A stretch of 64,000 nucleotides of DNA from a virus (taxonomy: Duplodnaviria > Caudoviricetes). Below, piece by piece: positions 1-10,346 of the stretch. The DNA is taken from positions 64,001 through 128,000 of IMG/VR virus record IMGVR_UViG_3300031992_000007; one strand, 5' to 3'. The notes under the pieces were generated by a model, which was given only the letters and a program-made list of their open reading frames with translations, was not told where the DNA came from and made no database searches. Each line of letters begins with the position of its first letter. Position 1 is the stretch's first letter. The position numbers and the translations under genes were made by a program.

Positions 1-2
1 CA

Positions 3-725
3 ACATCCAGGGAATACATAGCTCCCATACTTGACTCGACATGTCAGCCTCATATCGCGTGCTACGAGATACAGGATGACGGTTGTATCATGATGAGAAC
101 TCCAGATACCTATGCTGTTGAAGGTAAGGTGTACTACAAACTTGTCAATACGTCCAATGTGAATGATGAATTGGAAAACGATGAGTTTGAGGTCATTGAC
201 GTTCCTGTCATCATTGGTGAACAGGAGGTTATGATACCGACCATTGAGGTTACGGACAACAACGATCTTGACGTCGTCACTTACGAAGGGGTGTCGTTCG
301 AAGAGGATACTCTTCTTCCTCCTAACACCTACTACGAGAAGATAGACATCCGTAGAACACTTGGTGTGTCCGGTAGATCGATAGTGGTTGAGTTCAAGAG
401 AGAAAATGGAAAGTGGTATTGTAGAGTAGGCGCTTCGGTTGTGAAGACTAAGGTTGTTCCAACCTATGCTTCTGACTGGGAGGCTGATAAGTCTCAGGAT
501 ACATTTATCCAATCTCTCAAGATAGACGAAACTGAGAAAAAGAAACTCATCTCGTACAAGTACAGGAAGACCATAGCTTACAACGACTATGGCTGGACTG
601 CTTGGATGGATGCACCTAAGAGTCTCAAAGACCACTTGGCAGTATTTGCTGCCTCGAGAACTGTCTATCTCCATGACACCATAGACCTAGACATCATAGT
701 AGAACGTGCTGCCTCGGAAAGCTAA
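3..725 (+). CDS. C-terminal part of a probable virion structural protein (5' truncated by the window)
   Basis: Frame is open from position 3 to the TAA at 723-725; lies directly upstream of another structural-type gene; contains a GKVYYK...TYYEK motif. Confidence 0.55.
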   Translation, partial: TSREYIAPILDSTCQPHIACYEIQDDGCIMMRTPDTYAVEGKVYYKLVNTSNVNDELENDEFEVIDVPVIIGEQEVMIPTIEVTDNNDLDVVTYEGVSFEEDTLLPPNTYYEKIDIRRTLGVSGRSIVVEFKRENGKWYCRVGASVVKTKVVPTYASDWEADKSQDTFIQSLKIDETEKKKLISYKYRKTIAYNDYGWTAWMDAPKSLKDHLAVFAASRTVYLHDTIDLDIIVERAASES

Positions 726-737
726 AAGGAGTTAACA

Positions 738-1577
738 ATGAGCAATACTACATTTCGTGATCAGAACACAGTGACGACCATCTTGGCCATCCGGAATCAG
801 TTGGCGGCTAACATCGCCATCTCTCTCCAGATAGACCATCCAACGACGATCAATACCAAACGTGGTGTCCTCAAGGACTGGACTCCTACGACGTTCCCTA
901 AGATCCGGTACTTCGGTATTGGTATCGGAGGTTACGCCAACCTTACGTCCGAGGAGAACATCGCTCAGCCGTATGTCCCGTCCCCTGAGAACTGCGACCT
1001 GTACCATCCGATCCCGTTCCGTTGTGTCAGAACAACTGCTGACTTGACAGACGATGAGAAGGCTCAGTACAGAATGCGTACCAAGACTACCATCGATGGT
1101 GTTGAGTATTTCCAGTACTGGCTTAAGAAGATCGTCTTCGAGAGCTCTGTAGCTAGAACTACCAAGATCGTGGATGGTGTCGAGTCTGAGTATACCTTTA
1201 CCCAGGCTAATCTCACTCCATCTCCAGTTGACCTTTATCCTACGGACTTGGCTGATACCAAGAACCGTATCGTTGCCTCCGTTACTGGCATCTGCCGTGT
1301 GACTGGCAAAGAGGTCCTCGAGGTGTGCAATGCGATGTACGGTGGAGACATCCGTCGTATGCGTATCAGTGAGTTCGGTACCTACTCTGGATGTGAGTGG
1401 GGTGTCAACAACAAAGAGAACCCCGTGAATCCTACCGACGCTTCTTGTGTCCGTAAGGAAGCTGGATATGTTCAGCTGTGCACCCACAAGTGTACGCTTG
1501 GACAGATCCTGTCTAACGAGGAAGACATCCTGATTGAGAGAAAGGTCCTGGAAAACTCAAGCTGTGTCGTGGTCTGA
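738..1577 (+). CDS. phiKZ-like virion structural (tail/baseplate) protein
   Basis: RBS AAGGAG; YFGIGIGG, HPIPFR and YRMR...YWLKKI motifs recalled from phiKZ-like virion proteins. Confidence 0.6.
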   Translation: MSNTTFRDQNTVTTILAIRNQLAANIAISLQIDHPTTINTKRGVLKDWTPTTFPKIRYFGIGIGGYANLTSEENIAQPYVPSPENCDLYHPIPFRCVRTTADLTDDEKAQYRMRTKTTIDGVEYFQYWLKKIVFESSVARTTKIVDGVESEYTFTQANLTPSPVDLYPTDLADTKNRIVASVTGICRVTGKEVLEVCNAMYGGDIRRMRISEFGTYSGCEWGVNNKENPVNPTDASCVRKEAGYVQLCTHKCTLGQILSNEEDILIERKVLENSSCVVV

Positions 1578-1595
1578 CGCAAAAAGAATCAACCA

Positions 1596-1623
1596 ACCTG
1601 CTGGGCCTTGCGGCCCAGCAGGT
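1596..1623. terminator. bidirectional intrinsic terminator
   Basis: ACCTGCTGGGCC-ttgc-GGCCCAGCAGGT between convergent genes, A-tract before and T-tract after. Confidence 0.85.
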
Positions 1624-1634
1624 GGTCTTTCCTT

Positions 1635-3281
1635 TTATTTCCAGTAACGAGAACAGCCCAGCCAGATTCCGCTATCAACGGTCCAGCCATAGTTCATTGC
1701 AAACGTGGACTCTTCGTACTCGAAATAGATCGATCTTGGGATGCGCTTCTTGGTCGCATCAGAACCTTCTTCGACCGCTTTCAGGAACTCCGCCACGAAG
1801 AACTGAATATCCGTCTTGGGATTGTTGAGATTCCACGTGGAAGGCTGGCACTCTCCAGTCTCGGAATATCCGACTGTGGACGACGCGGGATAATCGGTCC
1901 ATGTTGTCGTGCGCCACACCCAGAATACCGTGAACTGTTTGTCCAGCTCTTCGATCTTCTTCTTAAGAGCAGACCCTGCTGCTACAGCACCATCTGTCTT
2001 CGACCCGTTGATTTGGACGTTGGATGTTACCCAGAGCTCCATCAGGTCATCCGTTCCCTGCATAGCCAGATTGTTATCTGTTGTCCAGATCGGCGGCAGA
2101 GCACGCATATAACTCCCGAGCATAGCCAGGTATTTGTTCGGATCAAGGATCTTCTTCGAGAAGTTCAGTGCAAGGTCATAGACGATATCGTCGATGATCC
2201 TGTTCAAGGTCTTGTAATAGTCGGGGATGTTCTCCAACGCAGTCACAGTCGACCTGTCGATCTCCTTGGCCGCGAAGGACACAATATCCGCTATCGAGTT
2301 GAACCTGTTCAGAACCATCTTTGTATTCTTCATGGTCGTCAGCTCGCCGCACTGCATGTGAAGATCGAACTCGTCACAGAACAGTTTGTTGTACGCTTCC
2401 GAACACGCGAAGGAATACCTTGACCCACGAGTGATGCTGACGATCGTTTTCAGTCTTGCGACCAGATCGTTCTCCATCTTGCTGATGCTCAGCGCCACAT
2501 CGTTCGCCAGCTTGAGCATTTCCTCGCGACCAACAGGAAGAGCCTTGAGCTGTTTGTACTGAATGGTCACGAACTTCCTTGTGCTGTGAACAGTCTTGAA
2601 ATACGGCTTGAACGTTTCGATGACATCCATGTCGGAGATGTACCGGAGTCTCGGATCACTGATCAGCATCCGCGCACAAGTCGATCCATCGTGCAAGTTG
2701 AACTTGCCGTAGAGGACGTTAACGCTGTTGCACACAGTGAACTTGGACGTCGAGAACTCCTGATCGAACTCTGGAAGCTTCCATGGTTTTGGTGGCTCTG
2801 CTTCCTTGAGCTTAGTCGTAGGAGCCTCTTTCGGTTCTTCCTTCTTCTGAACAGTCGGAGAGGACTTGAGTTCTCCGAACAGTCCGGCAGCCATAGACCT
2901 TGCGGAACCAAATGAAGTCATGGGCGGAGTCTGACGACCCATCGTACCTATGCCTCCCATTCCCATTCCACCCATAACGGACATGCCGCCACCTCCCATC
3001 ATCATCAACCTCTGTCGAGCCGACTGACGCATGGCTGGGAGATAAGAGTCATCGATCTCTGTACGCATCTGCTCTTCGGTGATACCGTTGGGATAACGGA
3101 CACCTAAACTCTGAATGAACCCTACTGTCTGCTGCCCAGGATTCTGAGCCATCGCAGCCATGAGCTGAAGTTCTTGTGGAGTAATCGCACCCTGGGAAGA
3201 CCAGTACTGTATGCGCTGACGTAGCTGATACAGAAACTTCTGGTAGTAGGGGTGGGACTCCAGTGCATTGTTTCCTAGCAT
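1635..3281 (-). CDS. hypothetical protein (Q/M/G-rich N-terminus)
   Basis: 548-aa ORF, RBS AGGAGG, downstream of the RNAP subunit gene. Confidence 0.8.
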   Translation of the reverse strand: MLGNNALESHPYYQKFLYQLRQRIQYWSSQGAITPQELQLMAAMAQNPGQQTVGFIQSLGVRYPNGITEEQMRTEIDDSYLPAMRQSARQRLMMMGGGGMSVMGGMGMGGIGTMGRQTPPMTSFGSARSMAAGLFGELKSSPTVQKKEEPKEAPTTKLKEAEPPKPWKLPEFDQEFSTSKFTVCNSVNVLYGKFNLHDGSTCARMLISDPRLRYISDMDVIETFKPYFKTVHSTRKFVTIQYKQLKALPVGREEMLKLANDVALSISKMENDLVARLKTIVSITRGSRYSFACSEAYNKLFCDEFDLHMQCGELTTMKNTKMVLNRFNSIADIVSFAAKEIDRSTVTALENIPDYYKTLNRIIDDIVYDLALNFSKKILDPNKYLAMLGSYMRALPPIWTTDNNLAMQGTDDLMELWVTSNVQINGSKTDGAVAAGSALKKKIEELDKQFTVFWVWRTTTWTDYPASSTVGYSETGECQPSTWNLNNPKTDIQFFVAEFLKAVEEGSDATKKRIPRSIYFEYEESTFAMNYGWTVDSGIWLGCSRYWK

Positions 3282-3306
3282 TTCTTTCTAACCTCCTGAA
3301 GTTTGT

Positions 3307-4875
3307 TTAGTCGTAGACGTGGATGATCTCGTCGGCGTAATCTGGTCTGATGATGTTCCCGCTCTCTGGATCTATCTCTGCGTACGGACTCATGTCTCCT
3401 GTCTTCACCGGTGCTGAAGCCGGGATGGTCAGAAGTGCAGTCACAGTCAACTGAGAATAGTGTGCCTTGAGCAGATACGGAGAGGTAGTGGTCTTGCTAC
3501 CTGTTTTCTTCCGTTTCGAGAACGACGAAGCAATAGGCTCCAGAGACAGGAATCGTTTGAGACCCATCTGAGTCAGCCAATTGTCATTATACAGAACAGG
3601 GTTCGGCCTGAAGATCGTATCACCAGCCTTGATCCAAGACGGCCTTTGCGAGGCGCGTTTGCAGAACTGTTCGACAGTCTTCGCTTCCAAGATAGACTTC
3701 TTCGAATTGATGATGTTGTACTGCGTCTTCACGATGTTGCGTGCTGGGCAATACGCCAAGTCATCAAGACCTTCAATCTTCTTATCGTACAGATTGGTCG
3801 GATCGTACGTCACGAGCTGATCGTCAATGTTAAAGTACATCCAGAACAACAGGTCGTAGATGTCTTCACAATTGCAGTTCACAGATCTAAGCTGTTCCTG
3901 CGCGACCTTATCCAGCATGGGGTCGGTCATCGCAAGGTGTTTGTTCGCATTCGGAATGAGAAGTTTGTTCTGGTTGTCATCACGGGAACCTATGAACTTC
4001 CCGAGGACGGCTTTGTAATATGAAGGATCGTTTCCGAAGATATCGGTATCACCGAACTCCGGAATTTCCATGAACATTCGATAGAGAGACAGAACCATTC
4101 GCCGCTTATAGCTCTCGGCAAGCACAGTCCTACGAACCTTCAGATAACGTTTGTGATCCGGCAGTTCGAAGTACTCCCACTCAGGGTCTTTGGTGTCAAA
4201 TGTGTGAGATATCTGGATGTCACTCGGATCCATCCCATATTTCTGCATGGCTCCATTATAGCCCAACTTACAGAAATGGTACAGAACCAGAGGTGTGGTC
4301 TCACTCTTCTCACCCGATGTTGCACCCTGGTGTATCTTGACTGTGATCAGCAACTCCGGATAGAGCGTGCCGCTCACAGAGATCATCTTGTATTTGTTCG
4401 TCGAACGACGCCCAAAAGTAATCGGTACACGCATGACTTTGACGATGATCGTACCATGATCCGTACGGTTGATACCACCCTTCTCCACGATCGGGAACTG
4501 CGGATAGTACTCAGTGTCGTTATACACAACACGTTCGTTGATCAGGTACGGCACATCAATGTACACGTAATACGGACGACCTTCGAATCGTAGCTCGAAT
4601 GCAACCAGACTCGTTTCGGTATTGCGTATCTGTACGCTTCCCTTGGTAAGCTGGTTGTTGACCAGATAGTCGATATGCTCCTCTGGTGTCAAGACCCGCC
4701 AACCTGCATACTCCAACTGGAAACTGAAGAACGCCACGATCTGATGGAATATCTTGTCGAGATACTCAGGGATCTTGTCGATCTTGTTCCTGCGGAAGTC
4801 GTAGATTAGTGTATCGTTGAACGGCCTTAGCTGTTTAGCCGCTTCACCGAACAGATAATCCCATTTGTCATCCAT
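3307..4875 (-). CDS. non-virion RNA polymerase beta N-terminal subunit (phiKZ gp123-like)
   Basis: Start MDDKW overlaps the upstream stop (TAATG); YIDVPYL...YYPQFPI, TPLVLYHFCKLG and LYDKKIE motifs and C-terminal SPYAEID resemble split nvRNAP beta. Confidence 0.65.
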   Translation of the reverse strand: MDDKWDYLFGEAAKQLRPFNDTLIYDFRRNKIDKIPEYLDKIFHQIVAFFSFQLEYAGWRVLTPEEHIDYLVNNQLTKGSVQIRNTETSLVAFELRFEGRPYYVYIDVPYLINERVVYNDTEYYPQFPIVEKGGINRTDHGTIIVKVMRVPITFGRRSTNKYKMISVSGTLYPELLITVKIHQGATSGEKSETTPLVLYHFCKLGYNGAMQKYGMDPSDIQISHTFDTKDPEWEYFELPDHKRYLKVRRTVLAESYKRRMVLSLYRMFMEIPEFGDTDIFGNDPSYYKAVLGKFIGSRDDNQNKLLIPNANKHLAMTDPMLDKVAQEQLRSVNCNCEDIYDLLFWMYFNIDDQLVTYDPTNLYDKKIEGLDDLAYCPARNIVKTQYNIINSKKSILEAKTVEQFCKRASQRPSWIKAGDTIFRPNPVLYNDNWLTQMGLKRFLSLEPIASSFSKRKKTGSKTTTSPYLLKAHYSQLTVTALLTIPASAPVKTGDMSPYAEIDPESGNIIRPDYADEIIHVYD

Positions 4876-6086
4876 TACTTTCCTTTCTTGTTTTGAAGAG
4901 CGACTATTGCGACAACTGCGGAAGCCACAGCTGTTACAGTAGCCCCGATCATCTTCATATTGTCCCAAAATGCCTTGTCCGATGCAGCCTTGGCATCTTC
5001 AGCTAGCTTGAGAGTTTTATACCGCTCCTGCAGAAGTTTCTCCTGCATTGCATGCATGTCATTCATCGAGTTAGACGAAGACTTCCAATTGCCAATCTGC
5101 GCCTTCAATTCACTGATCTCCTGGTCCTTCTTCTGGATCTCCGCTCTCATCTGGATATTCTTAGTTTCCTGATCCAGTTTGAGATTCTCGATCTCTTGCT
5201 TATGTGCAGCGTTGATTCTGTCTATCTCCGCTTTGAACCTACGTTCCGCATCATCGTAAATATCCTTGGAAATCATGTTCGGAAGAGATGTCACCTGAGG
5301 AGCATTAGTTATATAACCAGCTCTCTTCTTGGCAATCACCTTTGCAAGAGCATCCATGGTTGGAGCAATGCATATCACATCACCACCGGGAACAACTATG
5401 GGCTCTTCCTTGAGAACATTCTCCAGAGATACTTCGAAGACCGTTGTCGTCGGTTGAGAGACCGAGCTGTATTGATGAGGATACCTCAAGTAACAGCAGA
5501 GTTTTCCATGATCACTCAAATCACTTGATTCAGACCCTACAAGTGGGCACGGATCTGCCCAATGTCCAGCCCTCAGGATAATCGTCTGACCGAATACTGA
5601 AACATAAAGTTCGCCCCATCTACGTGCAGGATCAAGTACCTGGAAGCACAGTCTTGGATCTGTTATTTCTTCGTCTACGGACGTTTCATATACAACCGGA
5701 TTAAAGTTACTCTCGCTAAGCATTTGTGCAGCTGCGTAAGAGTGATCCACAGTTGAAATGATAAGGTCGTATTCACGAACCCTGTAAGGCGCAGTTCTAA
5801 TCAATTCATAAGGGATCCTAGTCATGGAGCCCGGAATTGGAAGAGCTTCTTTGCCGAACCTAGTTTCTTTAGATCTAAGACCATTGAACTTCAGTCTCGA
5901 TAACTCAACACTTGCCTCAGACTCTCGATAGTTCGGGTTATCCGTAGGAAGCACTTCCTGAGTGCCATCCCTGAATGTAACCACCATATCCACGTGAGTA
6001 AAGTTTCTGACTTGTAACTCACGATAAAGCCCAGGATAAGCGTTGCTCAATGCACAGACGGAAATTTCTTGGGTTGTAGGTCCCAT
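4875..6086 (-). CDS. hypothetical protein with coiled coil and C-terminal membrane anchor
   Basis: 403 aa; E/K/Q-rich coiled coil followed by IGATVTAVASAVVAIVAL. Confidence 0.8.
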   Translation of the reverse strand: MGPTTQEISVCALSNAYPGLYRELQVRNFTHVDMVVTFRDGTQEVLPTDNPNYRESEASVELSRLKFNGLRSKETRFGKEALPIPGSMTRIPYELIRTAPYRVREYDLIISTVDHSYAAAQMLSESNFNPVVYETSVDEEITDPRLCFQVLDPARRWGELYVSVFGQTIILRAGHWADPCPLVGSESSDLSDHGKLCCYLRYPHQYSSVSQPTTTVFEVSLENVLKEEPIVVPGGDVICIAPTMDALAKVIAKKRAGYITNAPQVTSLPNMISKDIYDDAERRFKAEIDRINAAHKQEIENLKLDQETKNIQMRAEIQKKDQEISELKAQIGNWKSSSNSMNDMHAMQEKLLQERYKTLKLAEDAKAASDKAFWDNMKMIGATVTAVASAVVAIVALQNKKGK

Positions 6087-6127
6087 TTGTTCTCCTAATT
6101 GTGCAGTTGTGAAACTACTTCAACTAG

Positions 6128-6135
6128 GTAATATA
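6128..6135 (-). promoter_or_regulatory. phiKZ-type early promoter TATATTAC
   Basis: GTAATATA on + strand about 40 nt upstream of the minus-strand start at 6086; motif recurs before many minus-strand genes. Confidence 0.7.
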
Positions 6136-6208
6136 TGCGTGATAGGCGAACGAAGAAATGTCCAAATAACTAATTGCATAAGGTTGCTTCCGTGGATAAA
6201 AAATAATA

Positions 6209-6237
6209 CCAGCATCCGGCACAAAGCCGGATGCTGG
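6209..6237 (-). terminator. intrinsic terminator
   Basis: CCAGCATCCGGC-acaaa-GCCGGATGCTGG with an A-tract on its left. Confidence 0.85.
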
Positions 6238-6242
6238 AGTGT

Positions 6243-8447
6243 TTACCATTCAGGAAACTTGTCAAGAATAGTAGGGATTCTCACTGCTCGAACATCAGCT
6301 GGAACCTGAGTTCCATTGACATCGTGGTCCAAAGCATATGCCATATTCAGATCGTACGTATCAAGCCCAATGCCAGACAGTTTAACCATCTCGGCAACAG
6401 GGACTTGGTTACGTGTAATCAGACTGGGTGTAAAGACAACATTGTCTTCATAGTCCTTGGAGCTCACTGACACAATAGGTTCATAAGCAAAACCTGTAGG
6501 AAGAACCACAGGATCACTTATCTTCTCAAGTGCTTCAAGTGCTCTTGCAGCAACGATGATGTCTTCCGGATCTTTACCAGCATCTCGTCCGTCAACTAGA
6601 TTGTTTTCGAACAGAGCTTTGCTAGCAGCTCCTCCACCACCAGACACTGGAATGACAGATGAATCATACGCAGCTTCAGTTGCTTCGATAGAGGGGATCT
6701 TCTCCTTAGGTTTGCTAACCTTCTCAGCAGAGATAGATGGCGGAGCATCATCTGCGCTAAGAGTAGGTCCTCTTTCTTTGGCAGCTTTCTGGGCAGCAGC
6801 ATTAGCACGAACATTCATCGTAGTGTTGCCAGGGGTGATACCAGATGCAGGAGGTGCATTGGTGTGGTTATCCACAACAGCAGTCTCCAACATCTCCTCT
6901 ATCAAGTCCTCCAAAGGAGTTCCTGTGCGCTTAGCTTCTTCTACGAGATTCTTGGCAACCTCCATAGCTGGAGCAGGGGTTTTGGTGATAACATCGACAA
7001 GGTTACCGATGTCCTGCTTTTCGTACAGAGTTCCATATTCCTGTTCGTACTGTGCAATAGGTTCACCAAGCTTCGGCTGAACAGGCAAGGGTTGATAAGT
7101 TCCAGTGTCGTCCAGATAGTAGTAAGTCTTGGGAACTGGTTCACCTGCGTCATTCGAAGGTTTCTGGGGATCGATCTGAACAGTCCTATCCGACACCGGA
7201 ATGTGAGTTTCCGTGGTTGGACTCTTGGTTGGAGGATTGGAAGGCTCTGGCTTGACCAAAGCATCAGTTACCGACTTAACAGAATCAGCACATCTCTGAG
7301 CTCTCTCAGAAACAGGCGTTCTTCCAATTATGTCGTTAGCACGATGATCTGTCATCCTTGCGCCAGTGCAATTTCTTCCACCACCTTTACCACCACGAGA
7401 CCAAGGTCTAGCTCTGAACATATCTCCAGAGTCTGTTCCAAGGTTGCACATGATGTCATTGAGCAACTCGACATAGTGGTCTCCACCACCACCTGATCTG
7501 ATAGCGTCACACAAGGTAGCTGTGAGTTCATGACGAAGATCATGATGAGCAGCTTGTCTGGAGAAACTCCTAAGAGACTTAAGAGCACCATGAACAGCCA
7601 TACTGCCAATGATAGCAGCAGCTGCTGTTCTACCAGCAAGCAAACCAACAGTACCGAACTCTGCACCAAGCATAGCGGCTATCTGGCCAGGACAGACGAA
7701 TCTCTGCTCAGCCCAACCAACCTGTCCCTGATTAAGAGCATTGAGACAATCACGAATACCTCTGAGATAGTCGACAATGTCAACTTCACTCATCTGCATG
7801 ATAGCAGCGGCATACTGACAGAACTCACATTCAGGATAGGGTCTGTTAGCACAGAACTCCGTCTGGAAGTCACGAGCTGTTTCCCACTGTGCCTGGTTGA
7901 TAACAGGAACGTCAGAATTCAGAACGTCGTCTATGGTAGACAGAATGGTCGTGCCTATACCAGGGGTCTGTTCCTGCACAGGTTGCTGTACAGGCGCTTG
8001 CACTCCCTGTTGGGTGCTTTTGAATGCATCGGCTATTTGAGCCTGAGGCTGCTCCTGCTGCTCTTCATTAGCGAAAGCAGCTTGTTCCTTAGCAGCAGCT
8101 TGATCGAGCACATTCTGAGTTGCCTCATCATTAGCTCCACTACCACTATAAAGGTTAGGAGGGCAACCCTTTCCTCCACAAGCACTTTTACCACAACAAC
8201 CACCACAACAACATCCACCACCGCCACTACCAGTCTTAGAACTGGTACCGCCAGCACAGCAGCTAGAGGTAGAAGCAGCGAATTCACCAGAAGCAAGTAC
8301 CTGCATGTCGGACTTAGCTTTGCAAGCACAAGGTAGGTCTGCAGCAGACTTCGCCATTTTCATCAGATAGGTCTTGACGCAGGCAACAGGAACACCAACA
8401 TTAGAACAGCATTTTGCTACGCCGTCTGTTTGACCAATCTTGTACAT
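6243..8447 (-). CDS. hypothetical protein with Cys/Gly-rich N-terminus and low-complexity linkers
   Basis: 734-aa ORF, RBS AAGGAGG; GGGGCCCGGCCGKSACGGKGC segment. Confidence 0.8.
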   Translation of the reverse strand: MYKIGQTDGVAKCCSNVGVPVACVKTYLMKMAKSAADLPCACKAKSDMQVLASGEFAASTSSCCAGGTSSKTGSGGGGCCCGGCCGKSACGGKGCPPNLYSGSGANDEATQNVLDQAAAKEQAAFANEEQQEQPQAQIADAFKSTQQGVQAPVQQPVQEQTPGIGTTILSTIDDVLNSDVPVINQAQWETARDFQTEFCANRPYPECEFCQYAAAIMQMSEVDIVDYLRGIRDCLNALNQGQVGWAEQRFVCPGQIAAMLGAEFGTVGLLAGRTAAAAIIGSMAVHGALKSLRSFSRQAAHHDLRHELTATLCDAIRSGGGGDHYVELLNDIMCNLGTDSGDMFRARPWSRGGKGGGRNCTGARMTDHRANDIIGRTPVSERAQRCADSVKSVTDALVKPEPSNPPTKSPTTETHIPVSDRTVQIDPQKPSNDAGEPVPKTYYYLDDTGTYQPLPVQPKLGEPIAQYEQEYGTLYEKQDIGNLVDVITKTPAPAMEVAKNLVEEAKRTGTPLEDLIEEMLETAVVDNHTNAPPASGITPGNTTMNVRANAAAQKAAKERGPTLSADDAPPSISAEKVSKPKEKIPSIEATEAAYDSSVIPVSGGGGAASKALFENNLVDGRDAGKDPEDIIVAARALEALEKISDPVVLPTGFAYEPIVSVSSKDYEDNVVFTPSLITRNQVPVAEMVKLSGIGLDTYDLNMAYALDHDVNGTQVPADVRAVRIPTILDKFPEW

Positions 8448-8458
8448 GGCGTTCCTCC

Positions 8459-9169
8459 TTAAATGTTATTCGATATCATCATTCCTTCAAGAAGGACTCT
8501 ACCGATAGTTGCCGACCTGGCACGGGTTCTTGGATCAAGAGAAGACAGCTTAGCTTCACCATTCTCCTCAAGCTGACGGCTGAAATCACCATAAGCGTTG
8601 ACGTCGCCTCCACGAACTCTTACAAGTTCATTCAAGGTCTGGTCAAGACCTCTAACGTGCAAGGACTGGATTTCAATACCCGAGATAGCCGAAGCTTTGT
8701 CAGTCGAAACAACCTGTCCGGTCAGAGCATCGATCTTGTTGTCACGCTCAGGGACAGATAGCTTCTTATCAACTTCTTGCTGAGCCCTTCTAATAGGAAG
8801 AGTGAGAACAAGATACTTCTCGTTGGTAAGGTATTTCTTACCAGGTCTCGTTCTGTCAGGAAGCCACAGTCTGTGAGATGTCTTGTAGTTGACAGCTTTG
8901 GCTGCTTCAAGAAGATCCGCAATACGAAGCTGTTTCTTCATGTTGGGCATGACAAGGTTCATCGCAACCTTCTTATCTGCAAGATGCTTCATGAACTTCT
9001 CAAAACCCTTATCATCCAACTCCTTGAAGAATGTCTTCCAGCGTTTCGTATTATCGCCAGCGGGATCGAGGATATCCATTACCTTGTAAACATAGCTCTC
9101 TATCTTCGACCGAGCAGCCTTGTGCTTGGCATCAAGACTCTCTGTAGACGGTGTTGCTTGTTCAGACAT
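8459..9169 (-). CDS. virion RNA polymerase beta C-terminal subunit (phiKZ gp149-like)
   Basis: LPIRRAQQ..DKKLSVP...IDALTGQV...ELVRVRGGD motifs; start MSEQAT with RBS GGAGG. Confidence 0.8.
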   Translation of the reverse strand: MSEQATPSTESLDAKHKAARSKIESYVYKVMDILDPAGDNTKRWKTFFKELDDKGFEKFMKHLADKKVAMNLVMPNMKKQLRIADLLEAAKAVNYKTSHRLWLPDRTRPGKKYLTNEKYLVLTLPIRRAQQEVDKKLSVPERDNKIDALTGQVVSTDKASAISGIEIQSLHVRGLDQTLNELVRVRGGDVNAYGDFSRQLEENGEAKLSSLDPRTRARSATIGRVLLEGMMISNNI

Positions 9170-9264
9170 AAATCCTCCGTACAATAAGCATTTACATAAA
9201 ATAAGGAAAAAGAAAAAGAGAGAAGAGCTTGCGCCCTTCTCCTTCGAGTGAGGCCTTTTCGACC

Positions 9265-9471
9265 TCACTCCCTGTTCGCAGTCTTGCTAATGATGATGCA
9301 TTCAGCAGCGACAGCCGCCGTGATAACCACGGCCAACGTCGCCACAGGATGCGCCTCAACCGCATCGAAGAAGCGCTCGATGCACCCCTTCTTGTTCTGT
9401 TGCTGGAGCTGCATAGCCTTGAGCTGCTGCTCCTGGATCTTCGTGATCATTTCCAACATTTCCTTGTCCAT
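9265..9471 (-). CDS. small membrane protein
   Basis: 68 aa, one hydrophobic helix, RBS AAGGA, own promoter motif at 9552. Confidence 0.65.
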   Translation of the reverse strand: MDKEMLEMITKIQEQQLKAMQLQQQNKKGCIERFFDAVEAHPVATLAVVITAAVAAECIIISKTANRE

Positions 9472-9551
9472 TGTCTTTTCCTTTTTGTATCCCGGCTCCC
9501 GCGCATCATGCGCAGGAGCTCAGGATGGGTTTTATTGTTTCGTACGCCAAG

Positions 9552-9581
9552 GTAATGTATAAACGAACAAATTTGATTAAC
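9552..9581 (-). promoter_or_regulatory. bipartite early promoter GTTAATC-N15-TACATTAC
   Basis: GTAATGTA then 15 nt then GATTAAC on + strand. Confidence 0.65.
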
Positions 9582-9587
9582 ACGAAA

Positions 9588-9914
9588 TCACGAACGACTC
9601 ATTACAGTGATCTTGAAAGGCTTCTTCTTGGAGCCAATGCTGACCGTGCACTCGTACCTGCCATCCTGGGTCACACCGTGAGGAACCTCGGTCTCGAATT
9701 GGAACACGAAGTTATCCGCGTCGTATTCGAGCATATGACTCATCTCAGAGAGTGCGATTTCCGTATCCTCAGCGGACAGGGAGTCAACAGTCTCCTGGAG
9801 AATGTCAGTAAACTCAGTGAGAAGTTCCTGCCAGTCATCAGTCAGTATAAACTGGGCAAGCTTGGAACCGAACTCATTCAAACGTTCTTTAGTAATCGTC
9901 GGGGTCTTCTTCAT
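9588..9914 (-). CDS. hypothetical protein
   Basis: 3' part of ORF 9588..10064 has natural composition; start uncertain. Confidence 0.6.
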   Translation of the reverse strand: MKKTPTITKERLNEFGSKLAQFILTDDWQELLTEFTDILQETVDSLSAEDTEIALSEMSHMLEYDADNFVFQFETEVPHGVTQDGRYECTVSIGSKKKPFKITVMSRS

Positions 9915-10200
9915 TGTCATCATCCTCTGTTTGGCAGCCGTCATCTTCATCAGGGAAGATATCCTCACTGCCGTCAGGGATATCCTCTGGAGTTTGCTTT
10001 GCTTCAGACTCTTGTTCTTCGGCAACAGTTTGAATTTCCTCTTTATGAGGTAAGATGTTCTCAAGTTCAGGGAATAGAATTCCTCTGGACGGATCCTCTT
10101 TGTAGCAATCGAAACACAGATTGCTTACCGAGTATTCCCGATATTCCTCAGGCCACTCGTAACGATCTGTGTGCTTGCCACAGTATTTACACAGTGCCAT
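9889..10200 (-). CDS. small zinc-finger protein with acidic tail
   Basis: CKYC...CFDC motif, RBS AGGAGG, TATATTAC at 10255-10262. Confidence 0.7.
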   Translation of the reverse strand: MALCKYCGKHTDRYEWPEEYREYSVSNLCFDCYKEDPSRGILFPELENILPHKEEIQTVAEEQESEAKQTPEDIPDGSEDIFPDEDDGCQTEDDDNEEDPDDY

Positions 10201-10346
10201 ACATTTGGTTTACCTCCTGTATAAGTTTCGATATCATTAGACATTTGCGATAAAGTAATATATAATCACGTGTCCAATGGGATCCTTTACACTTTTATTG
10301 GCACACACATACTTATGAATAATTTTGCAACCGAAAGGAGGCCGAT

